A DNA stretch of 46,321 bases, taken from Treponema sp. GTDB lineage: Bacteria > Spirochaetota > Spirochaetia > Treponematales > Breznakiellaceae. Numbering within the stretch: the stretch's first letter is position 1; every line of letters starts with the position of its first letter. Of the stretch, positions 36,959 through 45,051 are shown piece by piece. The notes below the pieces were generated by a model, which did not search any database, was not told the origin of the DNA, and saw nothing but the letters and a program-made list of their open reading frames with translations. The stretch covers positions 1-46,321 of the forward strand of contig QKCO01000016.1 of NCBI GenBank assembly GCA_003245635.1, given 5' to 3'. The position numbers were made by a program, and so were the translations under genes.

Positions 36959-38305
36959 TCAGAACTCCCGTTCGAAAAGGCGGCCCTTGCCGCTTTTCAT
37001 GATCGCCTCGGGGCCGAAGATCCCGAGCTTTCCGAGAATTTCCTTCATGCAGTCGCTGTCGACGGCGACGCCGATCGCCGATGATACGGCGAAAGAGTCG
37101 ACGGACGATTTCCCCTCCTCCCGCGGGATGAGGGCCTTCGGACCGCCGACGCAACCGCCGACGCAGCCCATGCCCTCGATGAAGGTCGCGCCGGCCTTTC
37201 CCGCGCCTGCCCGAGCGAGCAGATCCTTGCAGGCGGGAACGCCGTCCGCCGCCGCGACGCTCAGATAGCGCGCCTTTTCAGGGTACAGGGCGGCGATCGC
37301 CTCGGACACGGCTATCGATACGCCTCCCGCGCGCGCGTACAGCCTCCCGCCGCGCGAACTGTACTCGAAGGAAGACTCCCCCGTCATAGCCCCGGGATCG
37401 ATACCGGCCGCCGCGAACACGTCCCTGATCTCGGCGAACGTAAACACATGGTCGATATCCCCGGCGAGGTCGGCCTCCTTCGATTCTGCCTTCTTGGCGA
37501 CGCAGGGCCCCACGAAGACGACCGCGCAGCCGGGGCTCAGGAGCTTGAGGACCCGGCCCGCCGCGATCATCGGCGAGACGGACGGCGAGACGTGCTTGAC
37601 CAGGTCCTTGTAAACGCGCTTGAGCATGGCCACCCAGATGGGGCAACAGCAGGAGGAAATGAGGAAATCGTCCTTGGAAAGGACGTGCGCGTCGAACTCG
37701 CCGGCTTCCTTCATCGTCAGCATGTCGGCGAAGAAGGCGACTTCGACCATGTCGGCATAGCCGAGCTTCTTGAAGGCTGCGCGAAGCTTCTCGATCGTCG
37801 CGTCCGGCCCGAACTGCCCGATGATTGCCGGAGCGACGGCGGCGACGACCGGCCGGCCCTCGCGTAGGAGCTTGGCGGCGGGGATGAACTCGACCCGGTC
37901 GGCAAGGACGCCATCGGGACAGGCTTCCACGCAGAGGCCGCAATCCACGCACTTGGAGCGGTCGATGGTCAGCCCGTTCGTCTTGCGGTCGACCATGATC
38001 GCGTGGAAGGGACAGGCGCCCGCGCAGGGTGCGCCGCCGGGCCGGTCCCGGCAGCCCTCGTTCGAACACGTTCCGGCCGAGACGACGACCTTTCCGTCCG
38101 CGGCCGAGGCTTCCACATCGGCGGCGAGCCGTCTCCCGAAATCCGCTCCGAACGGGGTGCCGACGCCGCAGAGATTGGCGACCATGAAGGCGGCGCGCGC
38201 TCTCTCCTCCCCTGCTCCGTCGACGATCGAATCCGCCTCTTCGGCGATCCGCCGGTCCCATGCGGCCCGCACGAGGCGCATGAACGCCTCATCCCTATCG
38301 ATCAT
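36959..38305 (-). CDS. [FeFe]-hydrogenase-like protein (H-cluster domain plus 2x[4Fe-4S] ferredoxin-like region plus N-terminal extension)
   Basis: H-cluster motif variants are L1 SSCCCPIW, L2 GPCVAKKAE and L3 EGMGCVGGCVGGP. Preceded by CVDCGLCVEACP and C-x4-C-x8-C-x3-CP iron-sulfur motifs. GGGGGA RBS upstream. Confidence 0.8.
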   Translation of the reverse strand: MIDRDEAFMRLVRAAWDRRIAEEADSIVDGAGEERARAAFMVANLCGVGTPFGADFGRRLAADVEASAADGKVVVSAGTCSNEGCRDRPGGAPCAGACPFHAIMVDRKTNGLTIDRSKCVDCGLCVEACPDGVLADRVEFIPAAKLLREGRPVVAAVAPAIIGQFGPDATIEKLRAAFKKLGYADMVEVAFFADMLTMKEAGEFDAHVLSKDDFLISSCCCPIWVAMLKRVYKDLVKHVSPSVSPMIAAGRVLKLLSPGCAVVFVGPCVAKKAESKEADLAGDIDHVFTFAEIRDVFAAAGIDPGAMTGESSFEYSSRGGRLYARAGGVSIAVSEAIAALYPEKARYLSVAAADGVPACKDLLARAGAGKAGATFIEGMGCVGGCVGGPKALIPREEGKSSVDSFAVSSAIGVAVDSDCMKEILGKLGIFGPEAIMKSGKGRLFEREF

Positions 38306-38364
38306 CGGCTTCCCCCTTTTTCGTTTCCCTAAGCATAGGCTAAAGGGGGAGCCGACGCAAAGCG

Positions 38365-38388
38365 GGAAGCGGCGCGCGCTCCGCTTCC
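38365..38388 (-). promoter_or_regulatory. stem-loop between gudD and the hydrogenase-like gene
   Basis: GGAAGCGG-cgcgcgct-CCGCTTCC forms an 8-bp perfect stem in the 85-nt gap. Confidence 0.4.
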
Positions 38389-38390
38389 GT

Positions 38391-39674
38391 CTACCAGCGC
38401 GTCGCCTGGAACTTCCAACCGGGTACTTTTTTCTGCATCTCGATCTCGTCGTCGCGGTCCTCGATGCCGCAGCGCAGGTAGTTCGCGTGCAGCCGCGCCA
38501 GGGCTTCCCGGTCGAGCTCCACGCCGAGCCCCGGCTCGCGCGGCACCTCCACGGCGCCGTCCTCGATCTTGATCTTCCCGCCGACGATGACTTCCTCCCG
38601 CTGCCAGGGGTAGTGGGTGTCCGCCTCGTAGGCGAGCTCGTCCAGCGCGCCGGCCAGGTGGATCATCGCCGCGAAGGAGATGCCGACGTGGCTGTTGGAG
38701 TGCATCGAGAGCTTGCGGCCGAAGGTGCGGCAGACGCGGCTGAGGTCCATCGACGCCTGGAGGCCTCCCCAGATGTGGTGGTCGGAGAGGATGATGTCTT
38801 CGGAGCCGTGCCGGATGCTGCCGGGGAGCTCGTCGAAGTTCGTCGTGCACATGTTGGTCGCCAGCGGTATCTTGATCGCCTTGCGGAGGGCGGCCATCGT
38901 CTCCTGCCCGCGGCAGGGGTCCTCGAAGTACTGCAGGACGCCTTCGAGCTCCTTGCCGTACTTGATGGAAGTCTCGAGCGACCAGAGCGCGTTCGGATCG
39001 ATGCGCAACGGCATCGACGGCCCGAAGGCGTCGCGGAGAGCGAGCATGGTGTCGGTCTCCACGCGCGGCTCGAACACGCCGCCCTTGAGCTTGAGGGAGG
39101 CGAAGCCGAAGCGCTTCACCATCGCCTGGGCCTGGGCTACGAGCCCCGCCGGATCGAGAGCCGCGGCCTGAAGATCCTTCTCCCAACCGGCCGCCGCCTG
39201 ATCCCGTTCGAAGCCGAACTCGCCGCCCGAGCCTTCGTACTTGTAGAAGAGGTAGGCCGCGAAGTCGACCCGGTCGCGCACGCGCCCGCCGAGGATGTCG
39301 ACCACCGGGCGCCCGCTGTCCTTGCCGATGATGTCGAACAGGGCCACGTCGATGCCCGAATGCACGCGCAGGGCGAGCTGGCGCGCCGCGTAGAGCGCCT
39401 TGGGATCAGGCGCCGAACCGGCCAGGCGTTCCTCGATGGCACGGCGGATCGCGGTCCGCTGGTAGGGGTCCCTGCCGACGACGACGTCGCGGATCGCATC
39501 GTAGGCCGCCAGCGCGGCGGAGCTTCCGGGGATCTCGCCCAGGCCGTAGATGCCGCGGTCGGTGACCAGCTCCACGATGATGCGCAGGGCGTAGGGCGCG
39601 TGGAGGCCGGCCGCGTTCAGCAGAGGCGGGTCGGAAACGGCGATGGGAGTGGCGCGCAATTCTTGAATCTTCAT
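38391..39674 (-). CDS. gudD: glucarate dehydratase (enolase superfamily)
   Basis: 427 aa. Close similarity to E. coli GudD throughout, including the C-terminal ...ARDD..MQ..IPGW region (our DRDDEIEMQKKVPGW) and enolase-superfamily metal ligands. Confidence 0.85.
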   Translation of the reverse strand: MKIQELRATPIAVSDPPLLNAAGLHAPYALRIIVELVTDRGIYGLGEIPGSSAALAAYDAIRDVVVGRDPYQRTAIRRAIEERLAGSAPDPKALYAARQLALRVHSGIDVALFDIIGKDSGRPVVDILGGRVRDRVDFAAYLFYKYEGSGGEFGFERDQAAAGWEKDLQAAALDPAGLVAQAQAMVKRFGFASLKLKGGVFEPRVETDTMLALRDAFGPSMPLRIDPNALWSLETSIKYGKELEGVLQYFEDPCRGQETMAALRKAIKIPLATNMCTTNFDELPGSIRHGSEDIILSDHHIWGGLQASMDLSRVCRTFGRKLSMHSNSHVGISFAAMIHLAGALDELAYEADTHYPWQREEVIVGGKIKIEDGAVEVPREPGLGVELDREALARLHANYLRCGIEDRDDEIEMQKKVPGWKFQATRW

Positions 39675-39702
39675 ACGGTTTCCTTTCTCGTTGAGAGGCT
39701 GG

Positions 39703-40551
39703 TCAGCTCTTCACGGCGCCGGACGCGAGGCCCTGCACCAGGTAGCGCTGGAGGAAAATGAACAGAAGGACTATCGGGAGCGAGGTGAGGACCGAAGCGG
39801 CCATGACCGCGTTCCAGGGCGTCATATCGCCCGAGACGAGGGTCAGGAAGCCGATGGAGACCAGCTTCTTGGATTCGTGGCTGATGAAGCTCAGGGGATA
39901 GATGACGTTGTTCCAGCCGAGGATGAACGAGTAGGTCAGCGTCGCGACCAGGCCCGGAGCCGCGATGGGCAGCACCACCCGGAATATGGAGGACAGCCGC
40001 GAGCAGCCGTCGATCATCGCCGCCTCCTCGAGCTCCTTCGGGATGGCGGAGAAGTAGCCCTTCATCATCCAGATCGAATACGGCAGGGAGAAGGTGCAGA
40101 AGACGATGACGAGCGACAGGAGGTTGTTGTACAGCCCGAGCTTGATGATCAGGATGAGGAGCGGAATGGTCAGGACCATCTGCGGGAACATGTAGACGTA
40201 GAGGATGGCCTGCCCGATTCCGTCGCGCCGCTTGTAGGTGAAGCGCGCCAGGCTGTAGCCGGCAAGGATGGATATCGCGAGGCTGATCAGGCAGGAGACG
40301 CTCACGACGATGACGCTGTTCCACAGATATCGCTTGAACTGTATCTGTGAAGCGTAGTCGGTGCCGTTCCATACGTTGACGTAGCTCGAGAAGTCCGCGG
40401 ACGAAATGCCCAGGGACACGTCCCGGCTCATGACAGTCTCCACCGGAGCCAGGGAAGTCTTCACCATCCAGTAGATCGGAAAATCGAGCACGACGATGGC
40501 CAGGACAGCCGCCGCGTACAGGAAGATCATGTTTCGTCTTTCGCCGCGCAT
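39703..40551 (-). CDS. carbohydrate ABC transporter permease (MalG-like)
   Basis: Start ATG at 40551 with AAGGAGG upstream. EAA-loop region (AAMIDGCSRLSSIFRVVLP); 6 TM. Confidence 0.85.
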   Translation of the reverse strand: MRGERRNMIFLYAAAVLAIVVLDFPIYWMVKTSLAPVETVMSRDVSLGISSADFSSYVNVWNGTDYASQIQFKRYLWNSVIVVSVSCLISLAISILAGYSLARFTYKRRDGIGQAILYVYMFPQMVLTIPLLILIIKLGLYNNLLSLVIVFCTFSLPYSIWMMKGYFSAIPKELEEAAMIDGCSRLSSIFRVVLPIAAPGLVATLTYSFILGWNNVIYPLSFISHESKKLVSIGFLTLVSGDMTPWNAVMAASVLTSLPIVLLFIFLQRYLVQGLASGAVKS

Positions 40552-40553
40552 CG

Positions 40554-41444
40554 TCAGTCCTCCTTTTGAAGCTTCGCGAAGAAGAAGAGGAACAGCGCGA
40601 GGATGGCCAGGATCACCACGGAGAGTGCCGCGGCCTGGTCGTAGCGCATGTTCACGAAGGCGAATTCGTAGGCCAGCGTATTGAGGATGTGGGTGGAGCT
40701 CGAGGGGCCGCCGCGCGTCATAAGCCACACGACGTTGAACGCGTTGAAGGTCCAGATGACGCTCAGGATGACCGCGATGGTGAGAATGTTGCGCAGGCTC
40801 GGCAGCGTGATGTGGAAGAAGCGCTGGAACACGTTGGCGCCCTCGACCTTCCCCGCCTCGTAGAGTTCGTCGGGAATGGCCTGAAGACCGGCCAGAATCA
40901 TCAGCATGAACTGCGGATAGCCTAGCCAGATGCCGGCGGCCAACACGGAGGCCAAGGCCCAGTGCTTGTCGCCGAGGAAGTTGACTGCCTCATGGATCAA
41001 GCCGGCCCGCAGGAGCAGCAGGTTGACGATGCCGTACATGCTGTCGAGCATCCAGGACCAGGTGGTCAGGGAGGCGGTGATGGGCACGACCCAGGGCAGC
41101 ATGAGGAGCGCGCGCACCAGGCCGCGGCCCTTGAACCTGCGGTTGAGGAGCAGCGCGAGCAGCATGCCGAGCGCTAGCTTTCCGGCGGCGCCGACGAAGG
41201 CGTACACGAACGTATTGCGGAACGCCACGGCGAAGCGGGGATCGGAGAACACCTTCAGGTAGTTCGCGATGCCGACGAAAGGCTTGGCGATCTCCGTCGG
41301 CCGCCAGCGGAGGAAGCTCATCTGGAGCGAATACGCGACGGGGAAAACGATGATGCAGAGCAGGACGACTATCGCCGGGACGAGGAACATCTTTCCGGTG
41401 CGGTTGTCCCTCGCCTCCAGGGATACTCTCGATGTGCGGGCCAT
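40554..41444 (-). CDS. carbohydrate ABC transporter permease (MalF-like)
   Basis: 296 aa, 6 TM, EAA loop (EAGKVEGANVFQRFFHITLP); its stop overlaps the next start. Confidence 0.85.
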   Translation of the reverse strand: MARTSRVSLEARDNRTGKMFLVPAIVVLLCIIVFPVAYSLQMSFLRWRPTEIAKPFVGIANYLKVFSDPRFAVAFRNTFVYAFVGAAGKLALGMLLALLLNRRFKGRGLVRALLMLPWVVPITASLTTWSWMLDSMYGIVNLLLLRAGLIHEAVNFLGDKHWALASVLAAGIWLGYPQFMLMILAGLQAIPDELYEAGKVEGANVFQRFFHITLPSLRNILTIAVILSVIWTFNAFNVVWLMTRGGPSSSTHILNTLAYEFAFVNMRYDQAAALSVVILAILALFLFFFAKLQKED

Positions 41445-41536
41445 TCTTCCACCTACGGGTACGCTGATGCGGAGAAGCCGCGCCGGCCCCGGGAACCCGG
41501 AATCCGGCGCGTTTTCCTTTTTTCAGAAAATCTGCC

Positions 41537-42895
41537 TCATTCGAACGCGGACTTGACCTTGTCCTCAATTTCCTTGACCGTCTGCTCGGGCGTCCACTTG
41601 TCGACCGCGATGCGGGAAAGCGCGTCGTCCCAGACGAAGGAATTGTACGCGGCGTTCAGCTTGGGGTTCGGGTCTCCCGGGTAGCCGATGCCGGCGATGT
41701 ACTTGTTGGCCTCGAGGAACATGCGCTCGCGCTGGCCGATGGTGGAGAAGAAGGGATCGTCGATGACGTCGGCGCGGAGCGGGCCGTAGTAGCCGACGCC
41801 CATCTTCTTGAACATCTTGACCTGCGTATCCTTCTTGAGGAGGTAGAGCGCGAACTTCTTGGCGGCCGAAGCGGCGGGCGTCTTGAAGATCGTCAGGGAT
41901 TCGGGCGAAGCGCTCTGCACGCGGGTGCCGCGCGGCCCCTTGGGCGGCGGCGCGATGCCGACGTCGTCCTTCGAGAAGGTCGTGTTCGATCCGACGCCGA
42001 CCTTGGCCAGGATGCTGTTCGAGTTCATGACGATGCCGACCGTTCCGTTGAGGAAGTTGAGGTTGTTCGCGTTGCCGTCCCAGGTGACCACGCTTTCGGG
42101 CATGGCACCGCTCTCATAGAACTTCTTCAGGAAGGCGAAGGCCTCGACGCTTTCCTTGGAGTTGATAGCGACCTTGCCGGTCTTCGGGTCGAGGAAATGG
42201 CCGTCGAAGGAATTGACCAGCATCTGCGTGGTGCCGGCGGAGTCTCCGAAGCCCTTGCGGCTGTACTGAAAACCGGCGCCGTAGCGGTTCTGCGAAGCGT
42301 CGGTGATCTTCTTGGCGGTAGCCAACACGTCTTCCCAGCTGTCCAGGGCCTTCACGACCAGGCGGCCGCTCGCGTCCTTCTCGGGTTCGGGATTGAGGCC
42401 CGCGGCCTTCAGCCAGTCCTTGCGGTAATGGAGGCCGGAGAGGCGGGAGAGGAAGGGAACTTCGTACTGGACTCCGCCGAGCTGGAACATCCGAAGCACC
42501 GAGTCGGAGAACTTGTCCTTGCCGACCTGGGAAACGACGTCGGCCAGCGGCTCGACGGCGCCGGTCTCGGAGAATTCGAGTCCGGGGTTGATGTTCCAGA
42601 CGACCATCGCCGGGTACTGCTTGGCGGCGACGTTGGTGACCAGCTTCGTATGGAAATCGTTGGTGGGTATGCGGACGTAGTTGACCTTGATGCCGCTCTC
42701 CGCGGTGAAGTCGGCGGCGGCCTCGTCGAACGCGGCGATGATCTCCGGAACCGGGTTGTTGATCATCCATACGTCGATTTCCTTGGCCTCCGGAGCGGCG
42801 GCGGCTTCCTTGGAGCCGCCGGCAAAGACGGAAACTGCGGCGAGCGCCGTAATCAGGAACGCGCCCGCGGCGCGGGCGAACGGTCTCTTGTTCAT
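41537..42895 (-). CDS. ABC transporter extracellular solute-binding protein (family 1)
   Basis: 452 aa with a signal peptide and probable lipobox-like region (AVSVFAGGSKE). AGGAGG RBS upstream. Confidence 0.85.
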   Translation of the reverse strand: MNKRPFARAAGAFLITALAAVSVFAGGSKEAAAAPEAKEIDVWMINNPVPEIIAAFDEAAADFTAESGIKVNYVRIPTNDFHTKLVTNVAAKQYPAMVVWNINPGLEFSETGAVEPLADVVSQVGKDKFSDSVLRMFQLGGVQYEVPFLSRLSGLHYRKDWLKAAGLNPEPEKDASGRLVVKALDSWEDVLATAKKITDASQNRYGAGFQYSRKGFGDSAGTTQMLVNSFDGHFLDPKTGKVAINSKESVEAFAFLKKFYESGAMPESVVTWDGNANNLNFLNGTVGIVMNSNSILAKVGVGSNTTFSKDDVGIAPPPKGPRGTRVQSASPESLTIFKTPAASAAKKFALYLLKKDTQVKMFKKMGVGYYGPLRADVIDDPFFSTIGQRERMFLEANKYIAGIGYPGDPNPKLNAAYNSFVWDDALSRIAVDKWTPEQTVKEIEDKVKSAFE

Positions 42896-42944
42896 GAATG
42901 CCTCCTAGATTTGCGTTGTCTATCCCTTGATTTCTAACCGAAAG

Positions 42945-42966
42945 AATGGTATACCGCTTATACATG
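42945..42966. promoter_or_regulatory. candidate GntR-family operator (TGGTATACCGCTTATACATGG)
   Basis: GGTATACC perfect palindrome (42947-42954) followed by TTATACAT, in the divergent region between the ABC uptake operon and the FCD-GntR gene. Near-identical to the site at 5217-5237. Confidence 0.4.
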
Positions 42967-43090
42967 GGATGTCAATTTTTTTCTGGCGCAATTTCCGAAG
43001 CCGGGCGAGAATGGCGTTACCTGTGAGAAACCGTCATGAACGACGGAGACGCCCGAATTTCACGGCTTTCGGGATGCCGGAATCAAAGGG

Positions 43091-43789
43091 ATGACAATGA
43101 TAGAAGATTTTGACGCGAACGACCCGTCGGTCACGTCCGGCGAACGGACCTACCAGGCGATACTGCAGAAGATACTCACGGGGGAGCTGCCTCCCGGCAC
43201 GCGCATCACGCGCCGGCCGCTGTCCCAGATGCTCGGCGTGAGCCATATTCCAGTGCTGGAAGCCATGAAGCGGCTCGAGCAGGACGGCCTTATCGAATAT
43301 CATCCGCATTGGGGCTCCGTCGTCACCATCCCGACGCCCGAGAAAATCAAGGACATGTTCACCCTGCGGGAGGGCATCGAGTGCCAGGTTGTCCGGGAAG
43401 TCGCGGCGGACGCGAACGACAAACGGCTCGACGCCCTCGAAGCCCTCGCGGCCGAACTCGACAAGATCCCCTTCGAAAGCACCGACCCCTTCCTCTATAC
43501 CGACGTCCACTACAAATTCCACATGACGCTCGCGGATTACTCGGGATCGACCTCCCTCTACCAGGCGCTGCGCCGCAACAGCTTCTTCTGGATTCTCTGC
43601 CGGCAGGTCCAGTCGCGCAGGCCGAGGGAGCCGCAGTACCTCAACCGGCACAAATTCCTGGTGGAGGTGCTGCGCGGGGCGGACGTACAGAAAGCCGAAG
43701 ATACCATGCGCGAGCACGTTCAAGCCGGTTACCGGGGACTTCTCATGGACATCGAGTACGCGAAAGCCCACCCGGAAGCCAGGACCTAG
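43091..43789 (+). CDS. GntR-family transcriptional regulator (FCD domain)
   Basis: HTH GTRITRRPLSQMLGVSHIPVLEAMKRLEQDGLI plus an FCD C-terminal domain. The start may be the second ATG at 43097, which has the better RBS spacing. Confidence 0.85.
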   Translation: MTMIEDFDANDPSVTSGERTYQAILQKILTGELPPGTRITRRPLSQMLGVSHIPVLEAMKRLEQDGLIEYHPHWGSVVTIPTPEKIKDMFTLREGIECQVVREVAADANDKRLDALEALAAELDKIPFESTDPFLYTDVHYKFHMTLADYSGSTSLYQALRRNSFFWILCRQVQSRRPREPQYLNRHKFLVEVLRGADVQKAEDTMREHVQAGYRGLLMDIEYAKAHPEART

Positions 43790-43792
43790 CTC

Positions 43793-43811
43793 GGCGGTAA
43801 AACGCCGTTTC
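43793..43811 (+). terminator. short intrinsic-terminator-like hairpin after the gntR gene
   Basis: CGGCG-gtaaaa-CGCCG followed by TTTCC. Confidence 0.3.
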
Positions 43812-43835
43812 CGCGACTTGGCCTGACCGGCGTTT

Positions 43836-43864
43836 TGCAGTCGTTCATATTATTAGTATATTAG
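43836..43864 (+). promoter_or_regulatory. promoter for msrB (TTGCAG-17-ATATTA), probably giving a leaderless transcript
   Basis: -35 at 43836-43841 and -10 at about 43858-43864. The ATG at 43871 has no Shine-Dalgarno. An ATTAGT-AT-ATTAGT direct repeat overlaps the -10. Confidence 0.35.
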
Positions 43865-43870
43865 TCATCT

Positions 43871-44440
43871 ATGAAACAGCGAATACGCATCGTCCCCTGG
43901 AGGACGGTAGCCGCGGTCTCGGCGCTGCTGTTCGTCCCGCTCGGAATCTCCTGCGCCGACAGGAAGGAGGCGCTTCAAGTGCGCAAGGAAGCCAACCCGG
44001 AATACGTCTGCGTCGTGCCGGACGAGGTCCTCAAGGACAAGCTCACGCCGCTTCAGTTCGCGGTGACTCGAACGGGCGCGACCGAACGGCCCTTCGAGAA
44101 CGCCTACTGGAACAACCACGAGGCCGGCATCTACGTCGACGTGATCGACGGGACGCCGCTGTTCGCCTCGTCGACGAAATACGATTCGGGGACCGGCTGG
44201 CCGAGCTTCTGGCAGCCGATCGACAAGAACGCGCTCGACTTGGTCGAGGACAAGAGCTACGGCATGGTCCGGATCGAGGTCCGCTCGAAATCCTCGGGGG
44301 CGCACCTCGGACACGTCTTCGACGACGGCCCCGAGCCGACGGGACTCCGCTATTGCATGAACTCCGCCTCCCTCCGCTTCGTGCCCGCCTCGGAGCTCGA
44401 GAAGGAAGGGCTCGGGAAGTACGCTAGCCTGCTCCGCTAA
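43871..44440 (+). CDS. msrB: peptide-methionine (R)-S-oxide reductase MsrB with N-terminal signal/lipoprotein-like peptide
   Basis: SelR/MsrB signature (GTGWPSF...[21 protein letters not shown]...RYCMNS) preceded by a hydrophobic leader ending in ...PLGISC. Confidence 0.85.
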   Translation: MKQRIRIVPWRTVAAVSALLFVPLGISCADRKEALQVRKEANPEYVCVVPDEVLKDKLTPLQFAVTRTGATERPFENAYWNNHEAGIYVDVIDGTPLFASSTKYDSGTGWPSFWQPIDKNALDLVEDKSYGMVRIEVRSKSSGAHLGHVFDDGPEPTGLRYCMNSASLRFVPASELEKEGLGKYASLLR

Positions 44441-45051
44441 CGCCGTTCGCCTGAACCAGGCGAGATAAAGCGCGCGGGCAGGAACGCCCGGAGTCCGTCG
44501 AGGTCAAGGGGCTCTCCCCCGTTCGGCAGGTCGGGGAACGGCGCGAGCGGATCGAGCAGCGCGGGGAGCCGAAGGACGGCTCCTCCCGCGGCCGGCGCGG
44601 GAGGAGCCCAGGGAGGAGGAGCCGCCGCGTAGGATCCGTCCGCCAGAAGCATATGCGACCGATCCGATTCGAAACGGGAGGCGAAGGCGGGCGCCGGCAC
44701 GAGGCGGAAAAGCGGCCGGAACGGCAGCAGCGCGCGCGGGAACGCCCCGGCCGTCCCGAAGGATCTGTCGAGGTATTCGCCCGCCGGGGACTCCACACCG
44801 GCTGTGCTGTCGAAATCGAGAACGCGCGGAATTATTCCGGCCCGAAGATCGAGCGCGGCGACGTGATAGTCCCAGAAGACCAGTCCGCCGCGCGCGGGAT
44901 CGCCCGCTTTCTGGCCGAAGACCGCGACGTTCCCCGCCGCGCCGAACATGAACAGCGCATAGGCCTCCCCCCGATCGCGGTACTCGGGTCGGGAAAGGAG
45001 GCGCCAAACATTTTCCTCGCAATAGTATGCCGCGTAGTCGTACGGGCTCAC
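44437..45051 (-). CDS. protein N-terminal glutamine amidohydrolase (Ntaq1/WDYHV1)-like protein
   Basis: [28 protein letters not shown] and [15 protein letters not shown] match the hallmark blocks of eukaryotic Ntaq1 (CYCEENIWKL, YAVFISNE, IWDYHVVLL, ASDRSHMKD). GTG start overlaps the upstream stop. Confidence 0.7.
   Translation of the reverse strand: MSPYDYAAYYCEENVWRLLSRPEYRDRGEAYALFMFGAAGNVAVFGQKAGDPARGGLVFWDYHVAALDLRAGIIPRVLDFDSTAGVESPAGEYLDRSFGTAGAFPRALLPFRPLFRLVPAPAFASRFESDRSHMLLADGSYAAAPPPWAPPAPAAGGAVLRLPALLDPLAPFPDLPNGGEPLDLDGLRAFLPARFISPGSGERR

Noticed and set aside
37770-39761. 663-aa plus-strand ORF antisense to the hydrogenase-like and gudD genes
   Set aside because: Opposite strand of two strongly supported genes; low-complexity Ala/Arg/Gly-rich translation.
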